Assembly (NCBI GenBank): GCA_044892505.1
Contig: CM097882.1
Location: 25,978,001-26,042,000 of the forward strand
Origin: Schmidtea nova
Lineage: Eukaryota
Length of the DNA: 64,000 nucleotides
Reading direction: 5' to 3'
Both the position numbers and the translations under genes were made by a program. Under the pieces are notes generated by a model, which saw only the letters and a program-made list of their open reading frames with translations, made no database searches and was not told the origin of the DNA. Of the stretch, positions 9,635-24,600 are shown one piece after another; position 1 is the stretch's first letter; every line of letters starts with the position of its first letter.

Positions 9635-12600
9635 GTAATAATGTTAATGTTCAAATAAATTATTTTCCCATCAACAAAAAAACTAGCTTGAATGAACAAT
9701 TACAAACTCATGTCATATCAAAACACGATGATTTAATGAGCCACGCGGTTGGTATAGAGAAACTCGAAGGAGTTCTGGAAATGATGTGCTGTAGAACTTC
9801 TAATTTGAAAAATCATATTGACAAAATCCGAGTGAAATTAGAAGAACCGTTTAATAATCTAACCATGAGAATTCAACAGTTAGATAATATGCAAATTACT
9901 TGTGAACTGCTTCGGAAAATTATCAGAATTAATTGTTTAGTTAGAAGATTGAAAGGCAAATTTGATATTTACTATATATGTGCATGCTCGCTTGCTGTGA
10001 TTAATGGGGACCGAGCGATCATCACAATCGGCGAATTTCACACTTAGGGAACAATCGGGATTTATTTGTTTATTGCTTACATACTCTAGTGTGCAAATTA
10101 TTAAAAATTGAAAAAATATATATAAGTTATAAATTATGTAAATTGACAAATTATTTCATCCTAATGTAGATGTGGTTAAATTGTTCAATGATGAAAAGTT
10201 AGGAAAAGAAATGAATTGTAGTTTGCTTAAGTTTGATTAACACGAACACATAACTTTACTCCATGTGCTTATTGATTCCTTAGCTAGCTTAATGACTGTC
10301 GTATACATATAGAAATACTGAAATGATATAATTTTTAAAAATAAAGAAACTGCTTGAAGGGTTAAGTGATATGCTTAAATGTATAAACATATTATAATAT
10401 ATTCGTTAATTTTAGATGCTTAATATATTATATTCATTTAATACTTATAAGGTATATGTAATAAATACTCTAATAGCTCGAAACTACTAATGGGGTTTTG
10501 CGCTGGATATCAGAAAGCCTTTAATAGTATTTTTTTAAAAAAAGACAAATTCATTCGACAAATATTTGAAATAATTAAAAGCTAAGGAAGTCGAATGCGC
10601 TTGCAAACTGTTTCTATGTTAAACTAATTATTAGTGCACAGAGGCGAATATAAAGTTCATACGCCATGTTCACAGATTATCGATTAGCCCTTGCATATCA
10701 AAGTGATGTGACATCCAATGTACCAGGAAAAGTATTCAATAAAGTTGTTCCAACTTTGTTTTAGACTTACTTGGCGTGAATAGCAATTTTTACGTCTCCG
10801 ACATAGCAGCGAAGAGAACCAAGAGCTTAAAACTATTCTGCTTTTGGGATTTTTCACTCGGTATCATAAAACTTTTATTAGTGTTTAAAAAAACAAACAT
10901 TCACCTGACAATTATTTGAAAGTATCTTTCATTTGTTATATAAATTTAGAGTAAATATTTTTCATTTAATGCATATACCGACAATTTTATCTTATTTTTT
11001 AAAATATCACTGACAAGTGAATTTTATTGTGATTTCTTTTAACCATAAAAAGCATAACAGAGCCTGTCAGTCTCTATTTGAATTCAAATTACTGATAACT
11101 TTATTGATATTTATTAAATTTTTCTAAAATGTCTTGTAATTTTTGTTCTATAATAAATTATTTGAGTCTAATTATTATCAAAATACAAAGAAATATGTAA
11201 TAGAGACTCAGAGGCACTGTTGTTCGCTAATGCTTGTAAAATAGTTGTGCTTTTTAGGGTTAACGTGAACGAATTACTGAATCACGGTAAGCGAGTACTT
11301 ACGATATTGACAAATGAGATATAATAAAAAGGAAATAATTAATAATTATTCAAAACAGATCATCAACGAGATCCTTGTAAAGTTTCGGCAGCAATCAATG
11401 AGTTGCGATATCATTTCAGCACGACCGATTGGAAAGGAATACAAATTCTCGAGAAACATTACGAATTAACAAATCTCACAGTTAACAATCTTATCGACGA
11501 AGCTTGGTCACTATTGAAACTTGTAAAAGAAACAAACAATCAAGCAATGCTGGGAATCGCTTTACAAGTGGATTCATTTAGCCAGCTAATAGAATATAAC
11601 TTCTTTGTTTCCCATAGATTTTCAGCAATCTGAACATGTTGACAGCCAGTGTCAACAGAATCGTGTCGAATTGGCAGAATGAATTCTGTGAAAATCTGAA
11701 AAAAACCGTCAATATAAATCTCATAATTCAAAATTCATTCAAGAAACAAGCAACAACAAACCAAATCGGTGGCGGTAAAGGTAAAGATTTCAATGATAAT
11801 TGATTTTCATTAATCAATTTCTCATTTCACACTTAATCCAATCAATTATCAATCGTTATCATTGGCTAGGAAACACATTTTAAAATTCCATCAAAAATTA
11901 TCTCTCAGTTACTTTCGTGAATGCGTGATATCTCCTGACGTTAACACCGTTATACCGACCACTACTCCTTTGTTTTTTAAAATCATAAACCTTAAAAGTC
12001 AATTATAATTATTAAATATTAATGCCGATACTATTCAAACCCACATGTCTGATTTATATCGATTATAATAATTTTTTTCCACTGGATTTTTGTTTACCAT
12101 AGAAAAAGGGGATTCCGTTTAGCGTACGTCCACCGTCACTTAAGTTATCTCGCATACTCCAAGTCGCGCTGAATTATTACCCGAGGTACACTTGTTTTCA
12201 TACAGCAAAAGTTTCAATAATACACACAGGGGTGAAACCTACTTGTGACTCATAAATGCTGTTTTCATTTATGACAATTTAGCCATTTTTAAAATGACTT
12301 TCAGGTAAGTTAATTTAAAAAGATATCTTTTAAGGTTTATATTTTGATCTCATAATGATATGAAATATTTACACAACGCTTTGAAAGATTATGCCTGTGT
12401 TCTACAATTTAATTTTAAATTTATTATTAATTACTTTGTAAGAAATCATGATTTTTTACAATATTTTTGGAATTATTTACGCTCAAAGTAAGTTAAAAAA
12501 GGAACCCATAAAAACAAGTTTTTAATGTAACTCTTTCTTTTTCTCATGTTCTCGGTTAATTTTATTGTTGTTTCATTGTTTGGTAGTTTCTTGGCAACAG

Positions 12601-15600
12601 TAAATTGAAAAATCACATTGTTTCAAAATTTTTCAATTTTTCAATGGAATAATTTGTGGGCCACCACGAGTCTGTTCGCAAACCTTCAGATCAATTGGAT
12701 ATCGGGAAGTGGGTTAAAAATCGATCCAAAGTTTGACAAGAAAACAAACAGAAATTGGAAGTTAATAGAAAGAGTTAAAAAAATCATTTTAAACTAAGGT
12801 TTATCTCTGAAATATTTTTTGGATATTCAAAGAAATTTTCAAAAACGGAAATAATATCATTAAAAATACACAGACCAAAATAATTTAAATAATAATTAAC
12901 ACCCTTCAATCGCCTTACATCTAAAAGCACTTCGAGGCCAATATTCCATATAAATCCATCAGCAGAACGAATATGTATTTTCACATATCGCTGATTGCTA
13001 ATTGCCCTTTTAACTAAAACAATTCTAAAACTTGATTCAATTAAAACAATTCAACTAGAACATTTTGACTAAAAACAAATCAACTAGAGAGCAATTAAAC
13101 TTTTAAATTGCAATATATTTTTTAAACATTTTACTTTTTTAAAACTAAAACTATAACTTTGAAATTATAAAATTCTGAATAATTTAAATTAAAAAATTGA
13201 AAGTTTATAACAATAAGTTACCCCTAACATTTTATTAATTGAAAATGGAATAAAAAATTTTAAAAACAGAAAAAGGCAAAGATAATATCTTGATGAATGG
13301 ATTTATTTTTTATAAAATGAATTATGGGGTCACGGTTAGGTTCATTTATTGTTTTAGTTAAAAAGGCTAAAATCAAGTTAAAAAGATATAATAAATGTTT
13401 GATGATGAATCTATTTTGTCAAATTGTAATTAGTTGAATTGTTGGATCATGTCCATTATCTGCCACCTACAAGATACATGGGTATTATCTGCCACCTAAA
13501 TAATAATAAATAAGAATTCTATTAGTTTTATTCAATTATAAAAACATAAATAAACCAAATAATGATTTATTGAGTTCTCATTACACAAACAAGATTAGTT
13601 TTCCACACAAGCTCATTTAAGAAAAGAGGAAGCTGATCTCCACGAATCCCCTTCATGGCCTTTATCTTCATTTTCAGCTGCGCACATATAGGTTTTATAT
13701 TTTGGGTATGCACACCCGAATCAGGATCAACAAAATTCAAAAAATGATTAACTGTTTCGTGTACAAACTCCAAATTTTGATTTATTCTCTTGTATGCTGC
13801 CTATTTATCACTATAAATAACTGTTCCCGGGCGGCATACTCTAGAAATTATTGGCAAGAGAGTGTTCGCAGATCTGTCAGACAACACTTCCACATAATAT
13901 TTTGCTGGGGTTGTGCTGGTATCAGCTATCCCAAACACCCAGATTTGAGTCTCAGCTGCCCTTCCACTAATATGCTTTTGTTTGTGGCAAAAGATGCTTT
14001 CATCAATCTGGCAGACAATACCAGGCCCATCGAGTCTTATAGGATCTGCAAGTAAATATTACGATGCAAGCCCTCGAAGCTTTGCATATACTGCACTCAC
14101 AGACTTCCTGTTTATTCCATACCTGTGGGCGGCATCACAAACCTGAACAGACTCGGTCCACATTAACACCAAAGTCCATATATCAGCTAGTGATAAACGA
14201 AAAAAGACCCATTTCTTATGCTTCTTATGGTTTTCTTTTTAGGGCATTCTTTGCTGTAGCAAACCCAAGAAACACCATCAATATTGTATTTTCTTTCTCT
14301 TTTTACCATTAATTCTCCACAACAAGAACATTTCATTGTTCTTTTCAGTAATTCTTTGGCACGAAGAATGACAATAACCTGAGATACTGTCATATTTCTC
14401 ACAGAAAGCAACATCTCTATTCTGGAAGTTTTCATAGTTTTTATTCCAAATTAATCAATAAATAGATCTATAAATAAATAATTTTAAATTCAATGTTATG
14501 GATATTATCTGCCACCTATGTGGCAGATAATGGACATGATCCGAATTGTTTTAGTTAAAAGGGCCTATAATCCTAATTGATCCTCTTTCATCCAATGCAA
14601 TACTGAACGGGTTCCTTCAAGTTTTAGTGAACTATTTCATTAGTTATGTTAGTTCTAATTATCTTCCTGAAATCTAGTACCATATTTTTATTGTTATTGC
14701 GGATTTTGAAATTTCTTTAAAACCTATCACAGTCATTCCTTTTCTGATGTGAATAGAAACAAAAATATTAAATGATTAACCACCACGAGTTGACATACGT
14801 ACGATCGAGAATTTTAGATAGATTTTCATTTTTTTCGCTTTTAAAGACTTGTTTTTTTATGATTTGGGTTGACTTTTAGATTGACTTTCTTGATCATTTT
14901 TTCCATTCAAAATTGCATTACTCCTTTTCCTATATTCAACCATGTGTGTTGTCTTTAAATGAGTATGCAGTTCACTGGTAGATCCTCCACTACATTTTCT
15001 TTTGAGCACTTATTACATTTCGCCAGTTGACCATTTATTTTTGAAAAAAATTATAACAAATCGAACATTGGAGCTCAATTTGAAGCTGATTGTTTCTTTC
15101 CAGCAAAACTATACTTGAAAATATTGAAACAGTTTTCGAGCTTAATGCAATGGATAAAGTGCAATTTTGCATAAATAAAATAAATCGAATAATAATTATT
15201 TTGATATTGATTGATATTAATAAATATCGATATTATTAATCAATTTCATTTATTTATGCAAAATTACACATAAATTAAGAAACTTATATAAAGCTTAGAT
15301 AGGGTTTTTAACTTCTAGTGCAGTTTAGGTAATGATATTCAATATTTATAGAAATGAGAAAGTGGATGGTAGCAATGATTACAAATTTATTAGGTAAATA
15401 GCGGCTTCGCCTTTCCAATTACGAACATGAACTGTCCATAATAAATATTATATAACTCATGAGTCAGTTTTAACGCCATGAGATATCGCGCATTTCAGGC
15501 GGTAATTGAAGAACTGTAACAAAAATTTTCTAAAGCAGTTTAGAAATATGTTTCCTAATAAGTAAAAATGATAAATGTTCAAATAATTATCCACCATAAT

Positions 15601-18600
15601 GCAAGGGTGATAAATTGTATTTGTATGAATAAAATAAATCGATTAATAATAACTTCAATATTAACTAGTAATACAAATAAATAGATTAAAATATATTATA
15701 TTATAGATCATGATTATCTTTTGGTTTCATCTTTGATCTTTTTTTATTTATTCAATAATTTTTATATTAATTTATATTAATTTTTTATAAGACTATAGAT
15801 TAAATATTAATATGAAAATTATTGAATATATCATAAATGTTATAATGTTAAACCTTTGTTTTTCTTTTCAATTGGTTAAGGTAGTGATTCTCCACCTGTG
15901 TATTACGACACATTATTGTAGCTTGAGACTTTCGCTGGTGTGCGGCGAAAAGTTTAGAAAATATTTAAAATTGCCATGGTTTTTATAAAAATTTAAAAAA
16001 TTTTAACGAATTTTTAAACAAAATATTTTATGTCATATCATTTTTGAAAGTTTTCTAGGAGAAAGAAAGAAAACTTCTTTAAAAATGCGTATTTTGTCGA
16101 CATTTAAACCTTATTATAATTTGATTTTCTCTCGAAAACAAGTACAACTTTCAATTTTTCTTTTAAAGCAATTTAAATAAAAATTCAACTTTTATGTCTC
16201 AAAAATTTTTGAGTCTTTCCAAGTGTACCGTGAAAATTTTAAGATTGATTTAATGTGCCGTAAACCAAAAAACGTTGAGAATCAATGGGTTAAGGCAATT
16301 TTCCGGCATGAAATTAGGTTGGCTGATAATCTGAGTGAACATTATTATACTCCGTTATTCCCACAAATAGTATTGTAGAACTCCCTGTGCTAGTCATGTA
16401 ATTCACGTATAATTATAACTAACAAAATATCGCACTTTAGATATAAATATTTTGTATATTTACGAAGACTGTAAGAATTAAACATCAGTTGTTAATTTGA
16501 AATTATCCCGTGCAATTGCATAACTACATGATATCAAGATAGTTTCTAGAGGCCATCTTTGATTTTATTATTAAAAGCTTTTATAAGAATAAAGGTGTAA
16601 AGCTCTACGTTGTCAGTAAAAATTAAGCCACACATCAATTCTCTTTTATTCCCGATAAATAATAATAAATATTATTTGCCACAAATATTTCTTCGAATAA
16701 TATATTGTAATAATAAAATTTATTAAATATCAAAAGCTTAATTAACAATATTTTATTACATAATAATAAAAATAATTCCTTAATCCGATAATTTCGATAA
16801 AAATTTGTTTCTCAATATTTTTCATTTCATTTAAATTAAATTTAGTGATAACTTTGAATTTTTAATTAAAGCCTCTCTAGAATATAACCCGGATTGCTAG
16901 TTGATTTGAGGATGTGTATGAGAGTTGTTCGCTTCGGTTGAACATTTTTATGGGGAATCTCAATTTTTCATTTTCTATTAAGATTAGCAACAGCTGAATG
17001 GAATTTGATAAAACTTGTATGATAAAATAATATATTTATATAAATCGTAATTTATTTTTTTATCTCAATAATAAACGAACATTAATTTACTATCGAAATT
17101 ATTCGCAATTAGGTATTTTAGAAGTACACTTTATAAGATTATTTCAATAATTTTAGAAGATTTTTGAAAAATGTATGTAAAAAATGAAATTGATTATCAA
17201 AAAATAAATATTAGTGTCTAAAATATTTTTAAAATAAATCCCCTAAAATTCCAGCTTATTAGCTAATTTCGCAGAAACCCGACAAATGCCTGGTCTGTTT
17301 TCTGGTATTGCAATAGGGATTTGATTGACAAAGTAAATAATTTGATGTCCCTAAAAATTTTGGTAGATTGGAAAATGATGAAAGTGATGTTTTTATGATT
17401 TATATTATTTGTCTTCAAATTATTATAAAATCTGATAATGATGATGATCATTGTATCGTTTTTTTCTATTAATAAATTCTGTTTTTCCAAATATCGTTAT
17501 TTTCCCATAAATGCATGCCCCACTTATTTTAATTAGTATATTTAATCAGTCGTGCAACTAAAGAGAGTAAAGAGTGCGGTCATCCGAACGGAAGGAATAA
17601 CCTTTTAAAAATTATTTTACAATTTTCATGTGTTTTCTCGCCGCTTTTTGTTGAAAAAGCTTTAAACCCGATACGAGTAACACTTTCGAAAAGTAAAAAA
17701 AGCAAATTAAAAATAATGCAGTTTACTCCTTGGTCTAAGATGGAGTTGACTGTGTATTTAAAAATAACAAGTAATAAGGGATAATTTGAAATATGAAAGG
17801 GCAATAAGCAGTTACTCTCATGAGTGGCAAATTACCTTATTATACCACCGTATTTCATTCATTTGATTGGCTGAAATTACGGAGGTAAATGATTTCCGCC
17901 CTGATTGTGACTAAGTTTAATCAACATATCATATTTAGTAACACCCGGACGAGCTGCTGTTCCAACTGGCGAACAGTTGGCATCATTTAGAGCTTCATTT
18001 TGGACTGTTGTTGATAAATTGGTAAATAGTGTCGAATCCAATATGTTAAATGTTCTTCTTTTATCTAAAACTCTTTATATGAAACGTGACATGATATCTC
18101 AGAAATGTCTGATTGAAAATTTGTTGAATTCCGACGAAAAAGAAGAACTTGATGAATACTGTAAAAAGCTTTTCAGTGAAAGCATATCAAGTGTGTGTTT
18201 AAGTTTTAAAATTTTGGTTGATTTCAAAAAATTGCACAGACACGGGCTATCAGTATCAGCTCTGGATCTCTGATAAATTGAGTCAATCATTTAGGGATGC
18301 AATTGCATCAGATGAATCTGGATTTTTAAAGAAAACTCTGGAGAATGAATATCCAAAATTGCTTAAATTATTTATGGATCTCAACACAAAGCTACTGAAT
18401 CATGCCGTTGTTCAGAAAGATGACATCAATCGAAATTTCGTCGAGTTAGATAACATGAAGTTCAATCAAAAATATTTCAAAACCTTTCTTGTTGAGTTCG
18501 AACAAGCATTTCTTTCGATATCATTGTCTAAATTATTTGACATTGTCCAATTCGCATTCAATAAGTCCGAAAAATTACCATCCGACGACGATATCAATAA

Positions 18601-21600
18601 TTTCGTAAAAAATATTTCAACAGAACTTACATTGGCCTCCGTTGATCCTCATCTAATGACANNNNNNNNNNNNNNNNNNNNNNNNNNNNNNNNNNNNNNN
18701 NNNNNNNNNNNNNNNNNNNNNNNNNNNNNNNNNNNNNNNNNNNNNNNNNNNNNNNNNNNNNNNNNNNNNNNNNNNNNNNNNNNNNNNNNNNNNNNNNNNN
18801 NNNNNNNNNNNNNNNNNNNNNNNNNNNNNNNNNNNNNNNNNNNNNNNNNNNNNNNNNNNNNNNNNNNNNNNNNNNNNNNNNNNNNNNNNNNNNNNNNNNN
18901 NNNNNNNNNNNNNNNNNNNNNNNNNNNNNNNNNNNNNNNNNNNNNNNNNNNNNNNNNNNNNNNNNNNNNNNNNNNNNNNNNNNNNNNNNNNNNNNNNNNN
19001 NNNNNNNNNNNNNNNNNNNNNNNNNNNNNNNNNNNNNNNNNNNNNNNNNNNNNNNNNNNNNNNNNNNNNNNNNNNNNNNNNNNNNNNNNNNNNNNNNNNN
19101 NNNNNNNNNNNNNNNNNNNNNNNNNNNNNNNNNNNNNNNNNNNNNNNNNNNNTCTTATCGAATTCGTTATATAAGTCATTGAAAGATTATCCCAGATTTC
19201 TCTAACCTATGACTTTACCACTGTGTAAACAGGGACCCTTGGAATTTCCCATTGCTCAATTTATTTATATATTAAATCTTTAAATTCTCGATAAATTACA
19301 GATGCCATTCCACCTGGTATCACTGCCATTTGAATTTGCCTTTTTCTGCAATGATCCTTTAATTTGTTTTATATGTGCCCGACATGGATCTCATATAATA
19401 CACTTCCCCTTTGAGACATTGAGCGCAGGAAGCATAAAATCAATAAAATTAATAATCACGTCTTCGTTCACTCATGCTTTTTCTTGATACGTAAAAAGAA
19501 TATTAGAACCTTTTTAATATAACTTTTAACTTTCCCTTTGTGGATAATTAACTGAATTGCTTTGCTGCCAAATGCCCAAACAGATATAATATCAATTATT
19601 AACATCGAAGTAAACCAAAATTATTCCATCACAATATGCTTCCTTCCTTGCAAATCAACCGTTTGTATACGAGCATCTTCAAAATAAACAGCAGCCTCAT
19701 TTATTAATTAAGTTTGATAGAGATCTGTCCGGAATTTTAGATATTAAATATTTCATTTAATTATTCCTCTTGTTATTAATTCATTTATTGTTAGCAGCAG
19801 TAAAGTTAGTTTTGCGCCTGAAAGCTAAATTATTTCTCGCACTAAAACCATCTACCCGACGATTACTTGCCTCCAGTTCAATATTATCTTGTTACCTTTA
19901 TATTGTTTATTCTTAAATCTATAATTTAGTCTAAAATGATGTCTTCAAGATTACCAAGACATGTTTTATCCCTGGGTCTTTTATTCTCTTCGTCGTGGAT
20001 GATTGGATTTTTATTTGTTGTCGAATCATTTGCCATCTTGAAACGACTTCTGGTCATAATTCTGATTGTCACGTTTCTCAATATGTTTATTGCTTTTGTT
20101 GTATGAATTACCTTCTCCCATAAACGTTATAACTTCTTTTTTGAACGCCATTTTGAATGTTCTTTTCATTTTAATGAGTGTAATAATTGAAACTTCAATA
20201 AAATATTGGAAATTTGTTTTGGTTATTGAAAACAGTAAATATTTTTCGGTGATATCATTTGAATAGTGATACTGTTCGGAGAAATCCGTTAATAATAATT
20301 ATTTATGATTATAATATTAATCATAATATAGTAATAATTGATACAGAATAATATACAGTCAACATTCAGAGTTGTAAGAACCTCGGTAAAATGATCGATA
20401 TCGTCTGCACAAAATTCGAACAGTGCATCTCGACCGATAGTGATTCGAGCCAAATAATCGGCCCGGCTAATGCCAATCAAAAATGCAATTTCAACATTAT
20501 AAATCTTCTCCACAAATTCAAAAGCAGCGTGGGAAATTCTATAATTCGTCAATTGAGATTATCAGAGCCAAATCAATTAGTAATTCATTTGAGATATTAA
20601 TTGAGACATTAATTATAATTATCTTTATTTTCCGTTCTATCAATTTCTATAATTAATTCTGCACTCCTAAAACCTTTAATTTTAATCGACAAAATGACAA
20701 TTCTGTTCCGAATGATAACAGAAAATTAACTTCTTTATAGAATGATAATAAAATAAAATAAATTTGATTTTTTTAATATATCAACTTTATTACCCGACTT
20801 CGCCGTGATAGATTCAAACGCATTCTTTAATTATTATAATTAAATTTACTTACCCTGCTCACTTTCTATCAAATCGCGAACATTTATCTATTTCAGGGAT
20901 GGGCAAACTACGGCCCGCGGGCCGCATGCGGCCCGAATAATATTTCTATGCGGCCCGCTAAGACCAAGTTAGATTTCTTTTAAAAAATAAAGTTTCAACA
21001 GAGTTTCTTTATTTTTCAAGCAAATATGTTTAATGTACCTTTCAACCTTAAAATAATAAATGGGGGAACATTGTTTTTTCTTCAAAAACCTTCTATTTTA
21101 AAGCTATTATCAATATTAATTATTACACTTTTATACTATGCGGCCTTTCAAAATTTTGAAACTATGTATGCGGCCCTTGTACTAAAAAGTTTGCCCACTC
21201 CTGATCTATTTACTGGAATAAGGCAGCTTCTATAAATAGAATAAATAGGTGTGCTGCCCGGCTTCGCCCTGGTTGTATTGAACTTCTAAACGCAGATATT
21301 GAAAATACAAATATTTGCGTTTGTGTTATTATGACGATAACATTAGATTATTTAGACGTCGATTATTATTATGAAATTATTTTGGTGCTAGATAATGTTG
21401 ACAGTTGAAAGGAGAACCACGAAACTTACCTCATGGGATACCTACAAAATATAATCCATCAATTAAAGGGTTATAAATTAATATGGGGAAATATAAATTT
21501 ATATAAAAAATTATAAAAGAAATGAATTTCTCGCGAAAAGAATTAAAAAATGTATCAGAAAGAGTTCTGACAACAGATTTACTTAACGAGAGATATTTAT

Positions 21601-24600
21601 TTTGTGCCAGAAAATAATAATATAATAATTGATAACATACTTTATTTGGATGAATCCAGATTTAATTCATAATATATTTATAAATATGGATACTCGTCAT
21701 TAAATGTAGATGCAGTTCGTTATGTTCTGGCTAATCGGGGTAGAATATCAGTTTATTGGCAAAACTTTCTTCTAGGAAATTTGAAAATTTTAAACTAGTT
21801 GATGGGCCTAATGATGGTTTATGAACTTTCTTTTCCGCTTAACATTATCACACTCGGAAATATATAATAATGGACAATGATAAAATACACCATTTAAGAA
21901 TTGTTTCTCAATTCTTATGAGAAAGAAACGTAAATTTTATTTTCTTTCCTCCATACAGTCCCAAATTAAATTCGGTTGAAGAATGTTTAGCTATGGTTAA
22001 AACGAGATATCACGGTTTAAGACCACTTGAAATAAATTCCGACGAAATAAAAAAATGGTTCCAAATACAACTGAAGATATAAACAGAAATCGAAACATTA
22101 TCATCAAAAATTTTTATAGTCATATGAGGACTTTTGTGGAATATGGATTAAATCGGAGAAATTCCGATTGAAATATCGTTTTTAATTTTTAATTTATTTT
22201 TGTGTATAAAGTAAAATTATTTTATATTTACCCAGAATTTAATCAAGAATTTTTTGTGTATATCTAACGTTTTATATTAAAATATTTAGAATCAAGCTTG
22301 TATTGTTATGTCAAAATTATGTTTGTTCGTTTTTTACTATTTCTTTATATCTTTATTAGTAGAATTTTTTATATAATTTTATATTTTCCTCATATTAATT
22401 TATATTTTCCAATATTACTTTATATTTTCCCTATATTAATTTGTAATCAGTTAATAATAATATTAAAAGTTTAATGTTGGAAATTGAAAAGCTAATGTTG
22501 GAAATTACATGCGAGTATCACCGAATACAGTACACCATGTAACAACCACAAAATATAGTTGAAAGTTGAAAATAGCTTAGTTGACCTATGAATGGCAACC
22601 AGAATGACATGTGTAAACGTCATGACGCTACTGGTCAAAATTTAGAAGGAGCTCTTATGACAAACAGACAGACACATGTATTTTTTGTTTTATATTATAG
22701 ATTTAATATGAAGTTATTTTAAAATTTTACAATAACTTTTAATTTTAAGAACATGATATTTTTTCATATTTTTTCATATTTTTTCATATATTATCTATGT
22801 TAGAATTAAAGCTAGTTCTTTGATTACTGCCACAGCTTTTCTAATTCTTTTGAATGCTCTGTACAATTAACCAAAAACTATCTGTTATAATTTGCCAATC
22901 CTAGAAAACTTTGAATTAGTCCGAATAACATCATTATCTGTTATTTTTTGTTGAAACATTATTTTTTGTTTTTGTCTTCCGATTTGACTTGACAATATGT
23001 ATTAATATGTCAAGAGTCGTAAAATATTTGGAGCCATTACGAATATCAATCATCTCACCTGTACTGGGAATTGGGATTATTGGCCTTTCTGTTACATTGT
23101 TCAATGCCTTAAATCTAAAAATAATCGTATTTCAAAAAATGTTTGTTCGTAGACTGTTTGTTTTTAAAAAAAATGCAATTAATAAAAAGCAAAGCGTTAT
23201 GATACCCAGTGCAAAACCCCAATAGCAGACTAGTTTTGAACTTTTGGATCTTCAGTGCTTCACAGGAGACTCGAAGGAGACTCTTCATGTCATGTAAGTA
23301 GAAAACAAATTTGGAACAACTTTATTAAATACTTTTCTTGTTACATTGGATATCACATCATTTGAATATGCAAGGTCTTACAGATAAGCTGCAAACTTTC
23401 AAAGATGGCGTATGAACATCACATTAGCTTCTGCATACTAGTAGTATAATACTAAACTATTTGCAAGCGCACTGACTGCCTTAGCTTTATTCATATTTTT
23501 TCTTTTAAAATATATTGATCGGATGACTGTTTGTTTTTAAAAAAAAATTCCAAATTTAATTTAATATCTATATTGTAGATTGTAAAAGACAAACTAGATC
23601 ACTGTTTAAAGTTGCAAATAACGGTGATCCAACCTTTGATGGATAATATTACCTCAACATTGGAGGAGATAATTACCACTGTGCATTCTGAGAACTTTTG
23701 TTTGTCTAACATAGAAACTGAATCTTCACTAATGATGTGTGAGTTGGATGTAATTTTATTTTATTTTCTTTCGATTTACATTTTTTGTCCCAACAAATCA
23801 GGGCTTCATAAAACGTGTTCGAGTTCAATATTTAGATGAGATAAATGACGAAGACCTTCTGATATCGTTTCTAAAGGAAATCATCAATCATATAACAGAA
23901 ATATATCTTATTCATTTAACCTTGATTAGACCTACTAATGATTTTGGATCACAAAAGTTGGCGCTGGACATAGAACAGTTTGAAATAGCTAATCAACATT
24001 TTTGTTTACGAAATCTCTCTGTTTCTAATTTCATGGACAGTGCAGTCTATCGTAAACTGCGTGGTTTGAAATCAATTTTACTGCAATCTATTCCAGCAAT
24101 TGTTGAAGTTTGTTTTTTTTTCATTTAGTTAAAAATATTTTTATTCAAATTTTCTTCTAGAAACTATAAAAATTAATTTTAATAAATGAATAAAAATGAG
24201 TTGTAATAAATTCAAATATGAGATTATTTTTAGATATCATAAAATTTCGGTAAAATATTTTTTATCGAATTTTTCATTTTTTTGTAAAATTACTTGATAT
24301 TTAATTTGAATAAATTATTAAATAAAAATGACAATTTTTTCAAATAAATTAATGAACACCATTTTTTAAATATATTTTTGCAAAATATTTTGACAACTCA
24401 GTGGCTATCTTGAGGCAATAAAAAAATTCAATAAAATAAAATTGATCCTATTTATAAGTTTATTAGTGATTACATAATTACATGTGCAAAATCCAATAAA
24501 GTTGTTATTAACCCTTAAAAAAATTAAAAACTCTCAAAATGCATGTAGATATTGCATTTGTATGTTTATTTTAGGATTAAATGATTTTATCATCAAAGTC

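Noticed and set aside
13444-14542. Bacterial IS1595 contamination
   Set aside because: It lies inside a COG5 intron with a TSD; Merlin is the known eukaryotic branch of this family.
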